From assembly GCA_016748015.1 (NCBI GenBank), contig JAAOMT010000706.1:536850-600849 (forward strand): a DNA stretch of 64,000 nucleotides, read 5' to 3'. Below, piece by piece: positions 50,905 through 64,000 of the stretch (the stretch's first letter is position 1; each line of letters begins with the position of its first letter). Below the pieces are notes generated by a model, which ran no database searches, was not told the DNA's origin, and saw nothing but the letters and a program-made list of their open reading frames with translations. The position numbers and the translations under genes are program-made. The DNA comes from Geosiphon pyriformis uo1 (taxonomy: Eukaryota > Fungi > Glomeromycota).

Positions 50905-53107
50905 TTACCGCTTCTTATAAACACAAGGTTTCAAAAGATCACCCGCTTTTGGTAACAAGGATGATCTGACCCTCATGGGATTGGTTTTTGTAAAATTGAT
51001 TATTACAAACATTTTGTTCGTATTATCCTAAAAGAATTTCAATCAGTTAAGAAGAAACCATTTTTAATCTTTTCAAAAATTATCTAAAAGTTTCATGCCT
51101 TATCAATGAACTTAAAGCCAATCTCGCCTAATAAATTGACAAATGCATCCATGTCAGAAAATCGACTGACGACTTCAGCGATCTTCAATTCACCGCTTGA
51201 TACGAAATATCAAAGATTAAACAGTGTCAATACTGAAATACGTGCAAGAGCATAGAGATAACAAATAATACTTTGGTTTTAATGTGCGATGAGCTTCTTT
51301 CAAAAAATCAATATAATTGGTGCCCATTAAAGACAGACTAAAGATGGCGATGTCAAACAAGCAGTCCGGGACTGGGAGCTAAATGAAGATTAGTAAAAAG
51401 ATGTTTTGTTAAAGAAAACTGAAGATGATGAAACTAATTGGATCAATTGTATATAATGTAATTATTTTCTACATACCTTGGCAATATCACATGCGATGAT
51501 CCGATCATGTTTAGCAATTAAATCAAACGACAAAATCTTATTAGGGGCTTCTTGGGCTATCTTAGCCTCTCCACATCCAAGATCAGCTACTAGCGAATCA
51601 GAAGATTTTGTTTTCAGATAATTAATAAAGATATCGACAGGATTCGCAGGCCAAGACTCAACGACCGAGCGAAATCCATCGTGATACTGAAAGGGAATAA
51701 AAAACATTAGTTATTCGCTATATTTACTAGGTCGTCGGAGATTATCAGGAGCCCACCTCAGCAAATGTTATAGGATTCTCATCAAATAACTGACGTGCCG
51801 ATGACCCGGTAATCTTATAGAGCTGCTCATTTATCCATCTAAACCGTCCTTCTGACAATCTCTTTTTCAACCTCTCTTGTAAAGAAGTATTGCGGTTTGG
51901 CAATGGTTTCTTATCCTCCTAAAAAAAAATTTTTAATTCCCATTAAAGCTATACTGGTTCATATTTATTAAGAAATAATTACCTTATGTGTAAGTTCAAT
52001 ATTCTGCGCTAACTCAACGCTATTACTTTTTTTCTTGTCATTTAGCAGGAGATTTCCCTAAAATATGGTCGTTTAAATTGTCAGCTTGCTTGCAGTTAAT
52101 CTAATAAATATTTTCCATTTAAACTAAGCGGGTGGATTGACCTTAATTTCTTCTGATTTCTTCCCTTTTAATTGCGTTTCAGCACGTTTTTTCATCTCAG
52201 ACCACTTGAGCCCAATCTCTTCCCTAAAGTTATCTGATATCTTTTCTTCACCAAAAATAGAAATTTCCGATTCTGATTCTGATTCCGATGGATAAAGGTT
52301 TTTGAAATTAGAAGAGAGCTTTTGATTTGGTTTCGAATTTCCCGGTTGCGATGAAGAGGGTTCGGCACGGTTTGGTTTTCTGAGGATTTTTTGTTTGTTC
52401 TTGAGTTTTGTTTGATGCTCTTTCTGCTGTTGCTGTGGTTTGATCAATTGGTCACTTTGCTCTTTCTGCTGTTGCTTTGGTTTGATCAATTGGTCACCTT
52501 GCTCTTTCTGCTGTTGCTTTGGTTTGATCAATTGGTCACTTTGCTCTTTCTGCTGTTGCTTTGGTTTGATCAATTGGTCACTTTTTTCTGAAGAAGCCTG
52601 AAGTAATTTTTTCAGCCGTAGTTGATATTCACGATTATAGGCTTCTAAGGATCGCTCTAGTTCAAGTTTCGTCTCAGGAAATCTAACCTTCTTTTTCAGA
52701 GAATCCTTCTGAGAGGGGTCTTGCTTTGGTTTGTCATTCTTTTGCGGCACCTCTGGTGTCCTGGCTTTATGATTGGCAGTTGCTTGCAGCAACTTTCGCT
52801 TCTTGCTACCAACTTTAACAAGTTTTTTTTTCTTAAGAATCTCTTGTTTCTTTTTTTCGGGAACCAAAAGCTTCTTCGCTTCGGCCTCAACGTTCAATTT
52901 TCGTTTCTTGCTTCCCTTTACTTCAACGATTTCATTTTTTTGTTTTTCCTTCTCACCATTGGTTGTTTTTTTATCGAGGGTTTGCTGTTGATCTTTTTCC
53001 TTGCCAACTGCCTTTTTCTTACGTTTTTTACGTTTATCTTGGTTTCCTGCACTGGTTTTGGCTTGAGCAAGATACTTCTCAAGAGTCACAAGAGTGTTCG
53101 TGGCCAT
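50905..53107 (-). CDS. RRP8: Ribosomal RNA-processing protein 8 (25S rRNA m1A methyltransferase), multi-exon, long Lys-rich N-terminus
   Basis: [71 protein letters not shown]-stop. Confidence 0.93.
52416..52582 (-). repeat. 42-bp coding tandem repeat ([14 protein letters not shown] x about 4) in RRP8
   Basis: Near-perfect repeats visible in DNA and protein. Confidence 0.9.
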
Positions 53108-54388
53108 ATTCACAAGAATCGATTGAAAAAAAAAATGTCAATTTCTAAACAGTATGTCATGTGATTTGAGTGACAAATAAGCGTCATATTGATCGCTAAA
53201 GAACAACTTTGTGGGTCTATTACCACCATTTTTTGTAATTCCTTTTTAATAAAAAAAACATTCTGAACTCCATACTCCATTCCAAGGTTAGCTCTTTAGC
53301 TAAATTTGTTAAGAATTTCTAAAGTTTATTCTCGATGCTGCAAAAGTCAATAACCAAAAATAGAGTTTCGATTTGAAGGTTCAATAACACAATGCCTTTG
53401 ATCATTTCATGGTGAAAACCATAATGAGTCTACAGGCTTTAATGATAACTCGGCACACAAAATTATCAGGCGCATTAATTGCCTTGAACAAATTTCAACT
53501 TTTGAAAAGCACGTGATAGGCATTTTTTAATGTTCGCCCGATGTTTTCGATTATCTGCGCATATATATATATATATCGTCACGCGTTAGCCTTTATGACT
53601 CAACTCCTGAGAGCTTAGCACCCATTAAATTTTCGCTGGTCGGTTACTTAAAATTATTCTAAAAACTATTAAAAATCTGTGTAGCAATTTAAAATTTTAA
53701 TTTACCATTTTTCCAAATTCGTCATGCCCAATTGGTCATCGAGTATACGCTGTAATACCTTTCTATCTGCAAAATAGTTTTTATGATATTAAATCCCTTC
53801 TTATGTAACACATGAGAACAAGTAGAATCAATTTATTCTTGATACACAACAATGCATATTATCGGCTTTCGAGCATATCATTACAACAGTGCATACGCGT
53901 GAAATATAAAACCACTCAATCATGAACAGTTTGGTTGTTTTCCAATTTTTGCTCTTGCTGTAAGTTTAGCTCGTTTGCTACACCCAACCTTCTTTCTTTC
54001 TTTCTTTCCTTTCTGTCTCATTGATCGAGAGTTTATGGGTCTCTCTTTCTTAGACTGAAATACCATCACCATTCTCATCCCTAAACCTTTTCCTTCTTTT
54101 ATAGAAAGGAAAAATTCTTTATTCTCGCTTCTAAATCGTTGTTGTTTTTTCCTTATATTTGATACTCTTACTCTTTGAACCTATTAATCTTTCAGAAGTT
54201 TTTGTCGTTTTCAACCAACTCTCTCTATTAATAAATATCCACCCCCCATAATTCTTTCTATAGTTCCTCCAATAGATTTGGAATTTACATCAACTAATCT
54301 CAAAGACAAGTAGATTCTTCGTTCTTAATAAAACCCAATTCTCTCTTTCCATAGACACATAAATACATACATACATACACCCTATAAA

Positions 54389-55330
54389 ATGCAGCCTCTC
54401 TTCACACCATCATTCATCCTTTTCAGCTTTCTCTTTTCATTCTCAAGCTCCCCGACTCTAATTTCAGCTATTCCATCCCTGACGAAACGTGGGGAATTCA
54501 AGGGAGAGGGAACTTATTATAATCCAGGAATGGGTGCCTGCGGTCAAAATAGTGGTGCCTCGTCGTTCATTGCTGCGTTGAATAGACCACAATGGGGGAA
54601 CCCGCCGAACCCAAATGCTAATCCAATATGTGGAAAGCAAGCTATTGTCACCGGGCCTAAAGGAACTACTACGGTTACCATAGTAGATTTGGTAAGTCAA
54701 GTTTTTCAAAAACTTAATCAGATGGGTTTCAATACATAGCTTCCCTTTTTAGATGAAGTTTTTAACACTCCTAACATTCATCTCCTATTAATGAAGTGCC
54801 CCGAATGCGCATTTGGAAGTCTTGATCTATCCCCCGCAGCATTCAATCAAATAGCAGACCCATCAGCTGGTCGTGTCCCAATCTCCTGGATATTCGCAGG
54901 TGACGCGCCAGCCCCATCTCCATCTCCACCACCACCACCACCACCACCACCAACTCCAAAGGTTACAGTAACCACGAGTTCACAAACATCTACAACAACA
55001 ACCTCAACTTCCACTTCAAGCACGACTAGTACCACCTCATCGACCACCACCTCATCAACCTCAACGTCAACATCATTATCGAGCTCATCACATATTTCTA
55101 CAATAAAAATGCCAATAAAGCAATTACCACAAATTGCTTTCGCTTTCTTTAATGGCGAGCCAGCGGACATATTGACAGCAAGCATGACAAACGGATCAAA
55201 TGGCTCAACAGTAAGCTCAAATACCAGTGAGCCAACAGCTCACCCAGACGCTAAATCTCCCATTCGGGCTGAATCCTCCCCAATCGTTAAGATTTCAGAT
55301 TTAACGTCATTTCAGACCCCCTCGTCATAA
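54389..55330 (+). CDS. Secreted RlpA-like double-psi beta-barrel (expansin/loosenin-like) protein with Pro/Ser/Thr-rich tail
   Basis: Signal peptide, KR site, GEGTYYNPGMGACG, TVTIVDL|CPECAFGSLDLSPAAF; intron 54692-54796. Confidence 0.9.
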
Positions 55331-58300
55331 AACAGAAATCGTAGATTAAAAGGCCTTTCAGAAACGATGAAGGTTTTAAAACTTGCATCGAGTTAGAAAT
55401 AAAGAATCATTAGAAATTTGTACAGATATCACAACTAATAATAAAATAATTTACAATTGATACACATAAATCCTTATTTTACTTTTAACCTGGCATTTTA
55501 TACGAATAATTTAGTTTTATTATATATTATGAAAATAATTGGTGTATATTTTTATCGAGTTAGATTGTCTTATATACAGAATTAAAGGAATAAACTGTGT
55601 GACTTTAATTCTTGAAATCAAAGGAGTCTAAAAATCAAGAAAGTGAAAGTAAGTGTAGCTTTTGACTGAATTTTCGAATTCGGCATCGTTTCATATTGGG
55701 CTTTAATGAAATCAATAGAATAATGTGTTTTGGTTTAACATTTTCAACGAGAGGGTGATTGTCACTTTTATGACACTAGTTCCACCTAAAGCATGATTGA
55801 TTCGAAAGTCAATTGGGTTTTAGCATATCGCTGATAGCCATCTTTAATTGAATATCCAAAAATCAATTATTAGCTGGTCTCTTGAAATTTATTTATTCCA
55901 CTTGGCCTTTAAAGGGTTAGGGTTAATCAAGACTTCAAAATGAAAATAAAATATCAGAAAGCTTCAAATTTGATCTTGTTGATATTGTAAAGAATAAAGA
56001 ATCCATATGTTAAAATCCAGAAATTTTAATCATTTCTTAAATCTCGACAGGTTAATCGAGTAAAAGTAAATGTTCGAAATTTTTTATTTTATTTTATTTT
56101 ATTTTATTTTATTTAATTTAATTTTATTCATTCAATTATAAAATGTCATTTAATTTTAAGAAAATATAGCATTCAGTTTAAATCTTTATATATACTGTTA
56201 AAGGAAGAGTTTTTTCTCAAAAAATTTTACTCTCTTTGCTTGAACCCTTCTAGCAGTGAATTTATAAATCTTGTTGACTAATGTGACTTGTGGTTGTATG
56301 AATCATGAGTTGAAAGAGTTAATGTCTAAATTGCTAATTGAATTGTGTTATTGTCTTCCTCAAAGAGCTATTCTTGGATGTTCAAATTTACTATATAATT
56401 AATAAATAATGTTTTCAATGTTAAATCTTTTTAATTTGGTGTCCAGATTTCAAGTGGAGATAAAGATTATCCAAACTATTAAAAAGATATTTTTGATGAA
56501 TTTATTGAAATTTAGAAAATATATTATAAAAAACTTTTAATTACATGTAAAATGATTTAAATAAATTCTGATCAAATTAATTAAACATATTAAGAAAAAC
56601 TTTAATTAGGTACATAGCATGACAAAAATAACTTGTTAATTTAAAAAATTTATAAATTATTATATAAATAAATATTGTATTAATTTGAATTATTTTAAGA
56701 TAATAAATATTTTAATTTTTCATCAAATCTTTGTTTTCGTGATTTCAATTTAAATGTAATTATTGAATAATAGTTTAAAAAATAAAACATTTTAAAAAAT
56801 TTATGGCGTGGAAATTTATCGTTCATAAAAATAAATAATTAAAAAGAAACCTTAAATATTATTTGGTTTTCCAATTAAGACTTTCTAAAGACTTGATCGT
56901 TATGAGTTAAATGATTATGTGCATATATGACCAAAATCCATGAGAAAAGAAGATAGTTGTGAAGTTGAGTTAAAAATAAAGATGGCATTCTTATGTTTTC
57001 ATAATTTTCATTGTAAAAGGTGTGTCATAGCATTTGATCTCATTATTGCCATCGGGTATTTTCTTGGCATCTTGGCAATTATCAAATATGGTAATGATAA
57101 ATATAACAGTCACAATTAATCTCCATGATCAATTGCTAGCTGTTATTCATCACTATGAGCCATTGTCATTGTTTATTTGAAAAACATTCGTTTTTTACTA
57201 GGCCATTGAATCCCAAAAATGATATCATAATTGAATAGTCCGCCCTTTTGGCAATTTCAAATCGACCAGCCGATGTTAGATTATTACTCAATTAGGAATT
57301 TGATGTTTCGACAGCAAGTAACCTATCAATATTTCATCATGATGATTCTCAAGTTGACGAGCTCTTCCGAGAGCAATAATGGAAAGAACAATGAAATGCT
57401 TAGATTCCAAAACAGTTTGAAGTTTCAGTGGTAAAACTCAATTATCACATTATGATGCTCATTTAATGAAACCCTTTAGTGAAATTAACTGGATAATCAA
57501 ACAATATTATAGAAAAAGTCAGGGGTTCAAAATCTTTAAACGTCACTATTTTCTCCTGCCAAATGATGTTGTACTAACCATAATTTCATAGCATAATAAA
57601 ATAAAACCAATAGAATCTGTCTTGAACGGCAAATAATTACTTCTTAAAAGATTCGGAAATTTATACTTATGAAATTTCCAGCTTAAGATTTTGGAAAAAA
57701 GGTTTCAAATGTTATGCTTAAAGGTATTTTATATATTTGATTAAATATTTAAAATATAATAAATTAATAATAATGATATTATTATTATTGTTGTTATTAA
57801 ATCAATATTTCCAAGTTTTTTGGTATTATACAAGTATTCAGAAATTCATAAAAATATATAATGATATATTAAGATGTTAATATAATATATAATTAATCAA
57901 AATAAAACTTTTGTTAAATTGAATTATTATGATAATACTTTAAATCAATTTTTTTCTAAACTATTATATAAGATTATCAAATTGACACTTTTTGATAATA
58001 AAGTTGTAAATTATATATCAAAACTAAAAAGCCAAGAAGAAAATATACATTTTTGGATTAATTTGTCGCACCCAAGAAATTGAACCCTGGCATCGAATGT
58101 TCATTTTTTCAGATGCATATCCCATTTAAGGATGACAAATTGAAATTTCACTCCTTTATGCTGATCTTATTTTGGGCTAAAAATAATTTCAGCCGGTTAA
58201 AAGCACTTCTTGTCGGCGCCAAGCTTTTTTTAAACATTTACCATATTAGTAGCCAAAGTAGATTCCTAATTTAACGTCATCACAGAATCACTATTGGCTC

Positions 58301-59295
58301 CTTATGAACTTATTGTATGATGAGTAAAAAGATCAATCCAAAAAAACCTTCAGTCCTACAAGATCTATCGGTGATAGTCAATCGATCTCCTTAATAATCA
58401 CCATTAGTGAATATTTCTTTTTGTATGGTAATTATCAATTTGGAATAATCTTTTATTGCACTTATCAAATCCATCCTCAAATTTATCTTCTTTATCGTTG
58501 CGTGTAAATTACATATTGTGTACCCTAATATAATGTAAAAAATGTCTAAATTTAAATAGTAAATGCATAATTGTTTCCTTACCTATTTCGTTTTCACCAG
58601 AGTTGCCGGTCCTCTCTCTCTCTCTTTTACACAAACACCAAATATTTTGTATTTCATTTCACCACTCCTTCCTTTTTCACATCGACCCCACCTCTCTAAT
58701 TTTTTATCACTTGTCTTTTCAACTCCTCCCGCCTTCTCTTATTTTACTATATACAAAATATATAATAGGCTGTATAAAACTACTTGATTACCAATCCTAT
58801 TCGTCCGAAAGCTCCGTCTTGTTTTCGTAGATTAAATACACATTAAAATAAAATTTCCTTCACTATTTATCTGACAAAAATATAAATACAGCTTGCTTCA
58901 ATGACAAGCAAGTCATAAATACAAAAGCGGAAATAAAGCTAAACAATATTCCATTATATACGGTAATAAGAAAAAGAACCGCAAGAACTCTGTAACATAC
59001 ATTTTCAAAGATAACCTAGCATACAGAATAACATTAAAAACCAACTTTCCAGAGCATCTCAAAGAAGGCCTGAATTAGATTTGAAGTTCCCTATTTGTAT
59101 AGTGAACTTATTTCCTCATTCAAATCAAGAACAACTTGATTCGTTGATACACTACTTGACTTGGCAGAAAAAAACCAGCTAAAAGCAAACTCAGACATTC
59201 AAAAATTGAAATCAGGATATTTTTTAAAGTTTTACTCCTAGGCTTTTACTAGTAACGCTTCCCGAACATTTGTTGCTAGTAGAGCATCTACAAGA

Positions 59296-60886
59296 ATGAA
59301 ACCAATAATACGAAAACGATGCTTACCGGTCTGGCTCTTGTTCCCTACTGCCTTCCTCCTATTAACCCTCTTTCCACCCCGAGCGATAGCACAATGTTAT
59401 GATCATGATCCACTAGACATGAAACATAAGACACCAGTCAAATGTCCAATGGTCACAGATTCCAAATCATTAGAAAAGCGACAAGAATTATTGAGTGCAG
59501 CAAATTCGACTAATATGTTTCAGGTCTTATTCACCTGCGGTATCAATAATAAGAATACGTGCAATAAAGTGAAGAATGCATTTCTGACTGCCGGAAAAAT
59601 CATCACCGCCACTTTGGTACTCAAGTCGCCAATTATAGTAAATGCAACTTATATGGATTTTTGTAAATCAATGGGTGATTGTGGAAGTTCACAAGGATAT
59701 TTGACGCTAGGTAAGTTATGATTCTTTCTATAAGCGAGAGAATTTGGAGTGATGTCACATTGTTATAATTTATAATCACATGAAGTGGTCATAATTAATG
59801 ATTGTTTATGATTTACAGGAGGCGCTGCACCAGCTAGAACAATTCCAATGAAAGATCTTGACGGAAAACAACGATTCTATCCACAAGCACTCGTAAAACA
59901 ATTCGGTTATGATACCCACCGACAATTCACCACATATGATATTACGGCATTATTTAATTCTGTCACAAATTTTTGGTTTGACAGCGATCCAAATCCAATC
60001 ACACCAGCACAATCCGACTTTTTATTCGTCATACTTCACGAATTGATCCACGGCTTAGGGTTTACCTCAAGTTGGGACGATTACTTGAACGTTGAACCGG
60101 AAGCTTTGACACCCGACCTTGGTGAAGGAATTGAGAACGGTCGTAGTACCTATCAATTTGTTGAATATGCTTTTGATCAGTATATGGTTGTGATTCCACA
60201 AAACCGTAATGCTACGTCATACACGGACGCATTGAATACTTTTTCAACCAGTTCAAGATTCAGTGATATCGACACTTTCGCGAATGCGTTTGTAGAATCG
60301 TCACAATATGATACTGCAAAAACAATGTTTAAATATGCTATCACTAAGAATTCTCTTGGATTTTTGCTTAAAGGAGCAAAAAGTCCTCAGGATGCCCTTA
60401 TCCTTGAGACTAGTCTCGATCCATATCAACAAGGATCAAGTATAAGTCATGTGGATTACAAAACTTATACAAATACAAGTGATTTCTTGATGAGATATTT
60501 GCAAGATCGAGGTGTTTCCTTGCAAGACGCTATTTTGGCCGGTGGCAATTATAAAGGGGGACCAATTGGACCGAAGTTGAAGATGGTTTTAGAAACTTTG
60601 GGGTAAATAGATTTCAAGAATTATCTTCACATTTGATATTTAAAAAAAATAACAATTTAGATATTTATTTGCTCTTGAAAATTTACAATTTTCTCTTATC
60701 AGATACGCAACGCAAGATAATCCAAATCCTTACAAACCACTTCCATCAAGCAGCAATACATCGAGTAAATATGGCGGATATTCGTCTGCAATCTCATATA
60801 AAATATTCAGGAGTTCGTCTTTCCAATGGCGTGCCATTGCTTTCATCCTTTTGGCATGGTTCTCGCCACAAATTCTTCTATCATGA
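59296..60886 (+). CDS. Secreted, probably GPI-anchored zincin-like metalloprotease (HELIHGLGF), 3 exons
   Basis: Signal peptide; LHELIHGLGF; GSSISHVD; introns about 59711-59818 and 60603-60702; Ser-rich spacer plus hydrophobic C-terminus ending at TGA 60884-60886. Confidence 0.8.
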
Positions 60887-61960
60887 TAAATATTATGCGA
60901 ATGAATTTAAAGACAATTAAAAAATGTTTAATATGATTAACTCTCATTGAACAATGGGCAGTGGGTAAATAATAGTGAAGTTAAAGATGGGTCTGCAACT
61001 CAATTTAATAAATGGGATTGGGGCTTGAAAACAATAGCAGACCTATCTTTAAGTGAATCTTTTCCGCCTATATAGAATGCTTTTATTTCAAGACATTTTT
61101 TCAATTTCAGCATACGGTTCTTATCAAAAAACCGATAAGATCTTGAATCATAGTAACTTTCTCTTGTACAATTTTCATGATCTTCGCATATCCTCAACAA
61201 AACTTTTATAATCAAGCATTTATCCCCTCTTCCATTATAACAAGATTGAGTTGTCATTAAAAGACTGGAGCAGAGTTATAAACACGCAAAACAAAAATGT
61301 CTATCTAGATTCCATACAACATCATTTGATAGCGTCTTTACCTACATATCTCGTAAAGTTGAGTTACACACTCAAAGATCCTTTTGTTAAAACCTCTTGG
61401 ACTTTTTCCCGCACACCTAATAAAATAAAATTTCCTCTTCATAATAAATTTCGTCGAAAATTTAATGGATAATTATTAAGACAAAAGGCTATTCCATTTA
61501 AAGATACCTGACATGAGCGGGTATAATTCTTGTCAGAAATTGAGGAGTCATGTAGAGCCAATAATAGCCGCCAGTAAGTTGGCCACGTTTCCACGTGGAT
61601 GAGCCTTAAAACTTTATGTCAGAATTTCCTTATTAGATACATATTTACAGATTCATAGATCTGCATTTAGTCATTTTATTGGCACGTGGAAATATTTCTG
61701 CAGAGTCCATAATGGATTCTAAAAAATTTCAAAATGCAACCTATTCTTCGAGACGAATATTTATTTGATAATATTGCTAGCACAAAAATAGCATGTGATT
61801 AGAATCACATGCTATTCGACTAAGAGACAGGCCAAATCAGAAAAGTTCCTGCATATTTGAACTGAAGTTAATTTTGAAAATGAAGTTCAAAAAGAATCGA
61901 ATTGAAACTTACTATGATAAAATGTACTCATCCTTATCCTTCCTTGAAGATGAACCTTGT

Positions 61961-62806
61961 CTATTTTTTACGTCCAAACAAGCCAAACCAACCTAGTACT
62001 TTGGCAAATACTCCCACCCTTTTCCCCACTTCTTCTTCTAATTTTACATTCGCGGCAGGTTCAGCCTTCTTGGGAAGAACTCGCTGCTGGATTTTCTCGA
62101 TTCCCGCTAATTTATTGCCCTTGTCCCCTCTTTGTTCCTTCTCAACAGACGGCATCAAAAAGACATCTGGTGTTTCAACTTCTTCCTTAATTCTACTTTT
62201 TTCCATCTCTTTTATTTTCTTAGTTTCCTCCGGCTTTTTCAATTCAGATTCCTTTTTCCTTTCAATGGTAGTTCCGCTGCCAATAAAATTTGAATATCCT
62301 GCGAATGGACCCCCCATTGATGCTGCATATGTCTTTGCAAACTCTTGCACATCATCCTCTAGTCCTGCGGCGCGCATTTCATTTGCCACCTGTTCTAAAA
62401 TTTGCCTTACCTCACCATCCATCAACAGTTTTGCCATTGTAGTGTAACTAGGCATTTGTCCAGTGGATACATCAATGCCACGTTTCGTCAACAATGAGGT
62501 CATTTCTTTGATGGAATTGATTAGTTGGGGGTGTGATGCAAGTTTTTGAAAAAACGGATGATCAGGTGGTAAAGTCGGAAAACTTGAAGAAGAAGAAGTT
62601 GGCGTCGCAAAGCGAATCGGTGTCGTAGACAAATATCGAGTATTGGTTGATGAGAGGATATGTCGGAAAAAGAACCCCATAGTTGAAGTTGGTGCATAGG
62701 AGATTTTGTGTAAAGGGGTTTTATGGCTTAGAAAGCTTTTGAAAATTTGATTGACTCCTCTTGTATTTAGATTATTTAGCAAAACCTTTGTTCTTATACA
62801 CGACAT
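61961..62806 (-). CDS. Unknown protein with mitochondrial-presequence-like N-terminus
   Basis: 281-aa single ORF; Arg/Ser/Thr-rich, acid-poor N-terminus; no recognised domain. Confidence 0.7.
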   Translation of the reverse strand: MSCIRTKVLLNNLNTRGVNQIFKSFLSHKTPLHKISYAPTSTMGFFFRHILSSTNTRYLSTTPIRFATPTSSSSSFPTLPPDHPFFQKLASHPQLINSIKEMTSLLTKRGIDVSTGQMPSYTTMAKLLMDGEVRQILEQVANEMRAAGLEDDVQEFAKTYAASMGGPFAGYSNFIGSGTTIERKKESELKKPEETKKIKEMEKSRIKEEVETPDVFLMPSVEKEQRGDKGNKLAGIEKIQQRVLPKKAEPAANVKLEEEVGKRVGVFAKVLGWFGLFGRKK

Positions 62807-64000
62807 ACTTTTCTAACGGCGAAAGAAATAGGCCTATATACCAAGTTAGAAATTTTGGGTTATACAAATAAATGATGAGTCATGAACTCGATTTGTTTAG
62901 GTTGAGATCGTGGGAATCTCATGAAACTTAATGACCCATAATGCTTTCCGAAATTAAAGAATAAAATTTGAAAATAATTATTTCTTAAAAACAAACTATT
63001 GAATAATGGTCATGATTAATAAAAATAATAAAACTTAATTATTTGAAAATTAGTTAAATATTTTTTATTTTAATAATTCAAAATATAATAATACAGTTTA
63101 GTTATAATTATTAATTCATAATTTTGATAAAAAACTTTTTCTATTATTTATTCTTAAATTTTAAAAGTTTTTTATTTTTATTTGTTTATATACTTACATT
63201 ATTTCATCTTCTAATTTTTTGTTCAAAAGTTAGCAGCTATATTTAGTGTTATTTAAGTATATTTAATAAGAAAACTAATAATAATGTTAGTTTTAATTTA
63301 AAAAAATATTGTAAAAAATAAGATAAAAAAAAATTAAAAACTTTAATATTAATAATAATGTAATTTTAAATAAATTTGTATTATTTAATCATAAGCATAA
63401 TATTGTAAATAGAAAGAAGATAAATAAACTTAATATTAAAAATATAAATAAACAATTTTAGAATAAAAACATTAAAAACAAATTTGATTAAAAATATAAT
63501 AATAATTTTTCTTAATATACCAAATTATAATAAGTTTGATAATAATAAAAAAATAACTATAAAATTATTATTATTTTTTATTAAAATAAGCATTTTGCTA
63601 GTTTTTTATTCAAAAAATTGTTTTTTAATTAAAAAAATTGTATATAGTTTTTATTAATAATAAATTTTAAAAATAATCAGATTAATATTTATTTTTAAAT
63701 TAAGTTTAATTGTAAAAAATTTTGATTGTAAAAAAAGTTTAGTTTCATATAATAATCTTAAGTATGTAAATATTTATTTAATTTAAAATATAGTTATTAA
63801 AAAAATTTTTTTTAATATTTTAAAAAAAATTATAATTATTGTACTTTTTAAGTTTAATATAATTAAATTAATTAAAATACAGTTAATTAATCTTTAATAA
63901 AAAACTGTAATTGAATTTATTAAATTAAACTAATAAAGAACTTTCTTTCATTGATCCCCTGGTCACAACGAGAGCATAGAGTCGTCACTGAAATAGCCTT

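Noticed and set aside
55914-55925. gggttagggtta telomere-like sequence
   Set aside because: Only two units; expected by chance
56950-57450. Mildly GC-enriched stretch with a 67-aa ORF
   Set aside because: No recognisable domain or consistent exon structure

Overview
Eukaryotic, intron-rich, very AT-rich fungal DNA. Gene content and repeat style suggest Glomeromycota (Geosiphon-like); this is inference. Host genes lie at the edges: a UPF0014/FetB-like membrane protein, a class-3 lipase-like gene lacking the catalytic Ser, RRP8, a DPBB expansin-like secreted protein, an HExxH metalloprotease-like protein and a probable mitochondrial protein. The centre (about 12.5-43.2 kb) is a resolvable nest of retroelements. 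An ORF1-only, poly(A)-tailed LINE derivative with a 13-bp TSD is split by Ty3/Gypsy element A (-). A's 5' LTR is split by element B (+), and B's 3' accessory ORF is split by element C (-). All three have 4-bp TSDs. The Gypsy elements are unusual: gag-PR-[Cys-rich Zn-finger-like domain]-[dUTPase plus degenerate dUTPase-like repeat, in B and C]-RT-RNaseH, then an integrase apparently set off by a stop-rich spacer with its own ATG, then a conserved unknown ORF in the env position. Also present are a family of about 100-bp stem-loop/poly(A) tail modules (SINE-like), a decayed Tc1/mariner, and an intron-containing MULE whose transposase-SWIM region is followed by a USP-like cysteine protease domain. 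All repeats show heavy, age-graded C-to-T/G-to-A erosion.
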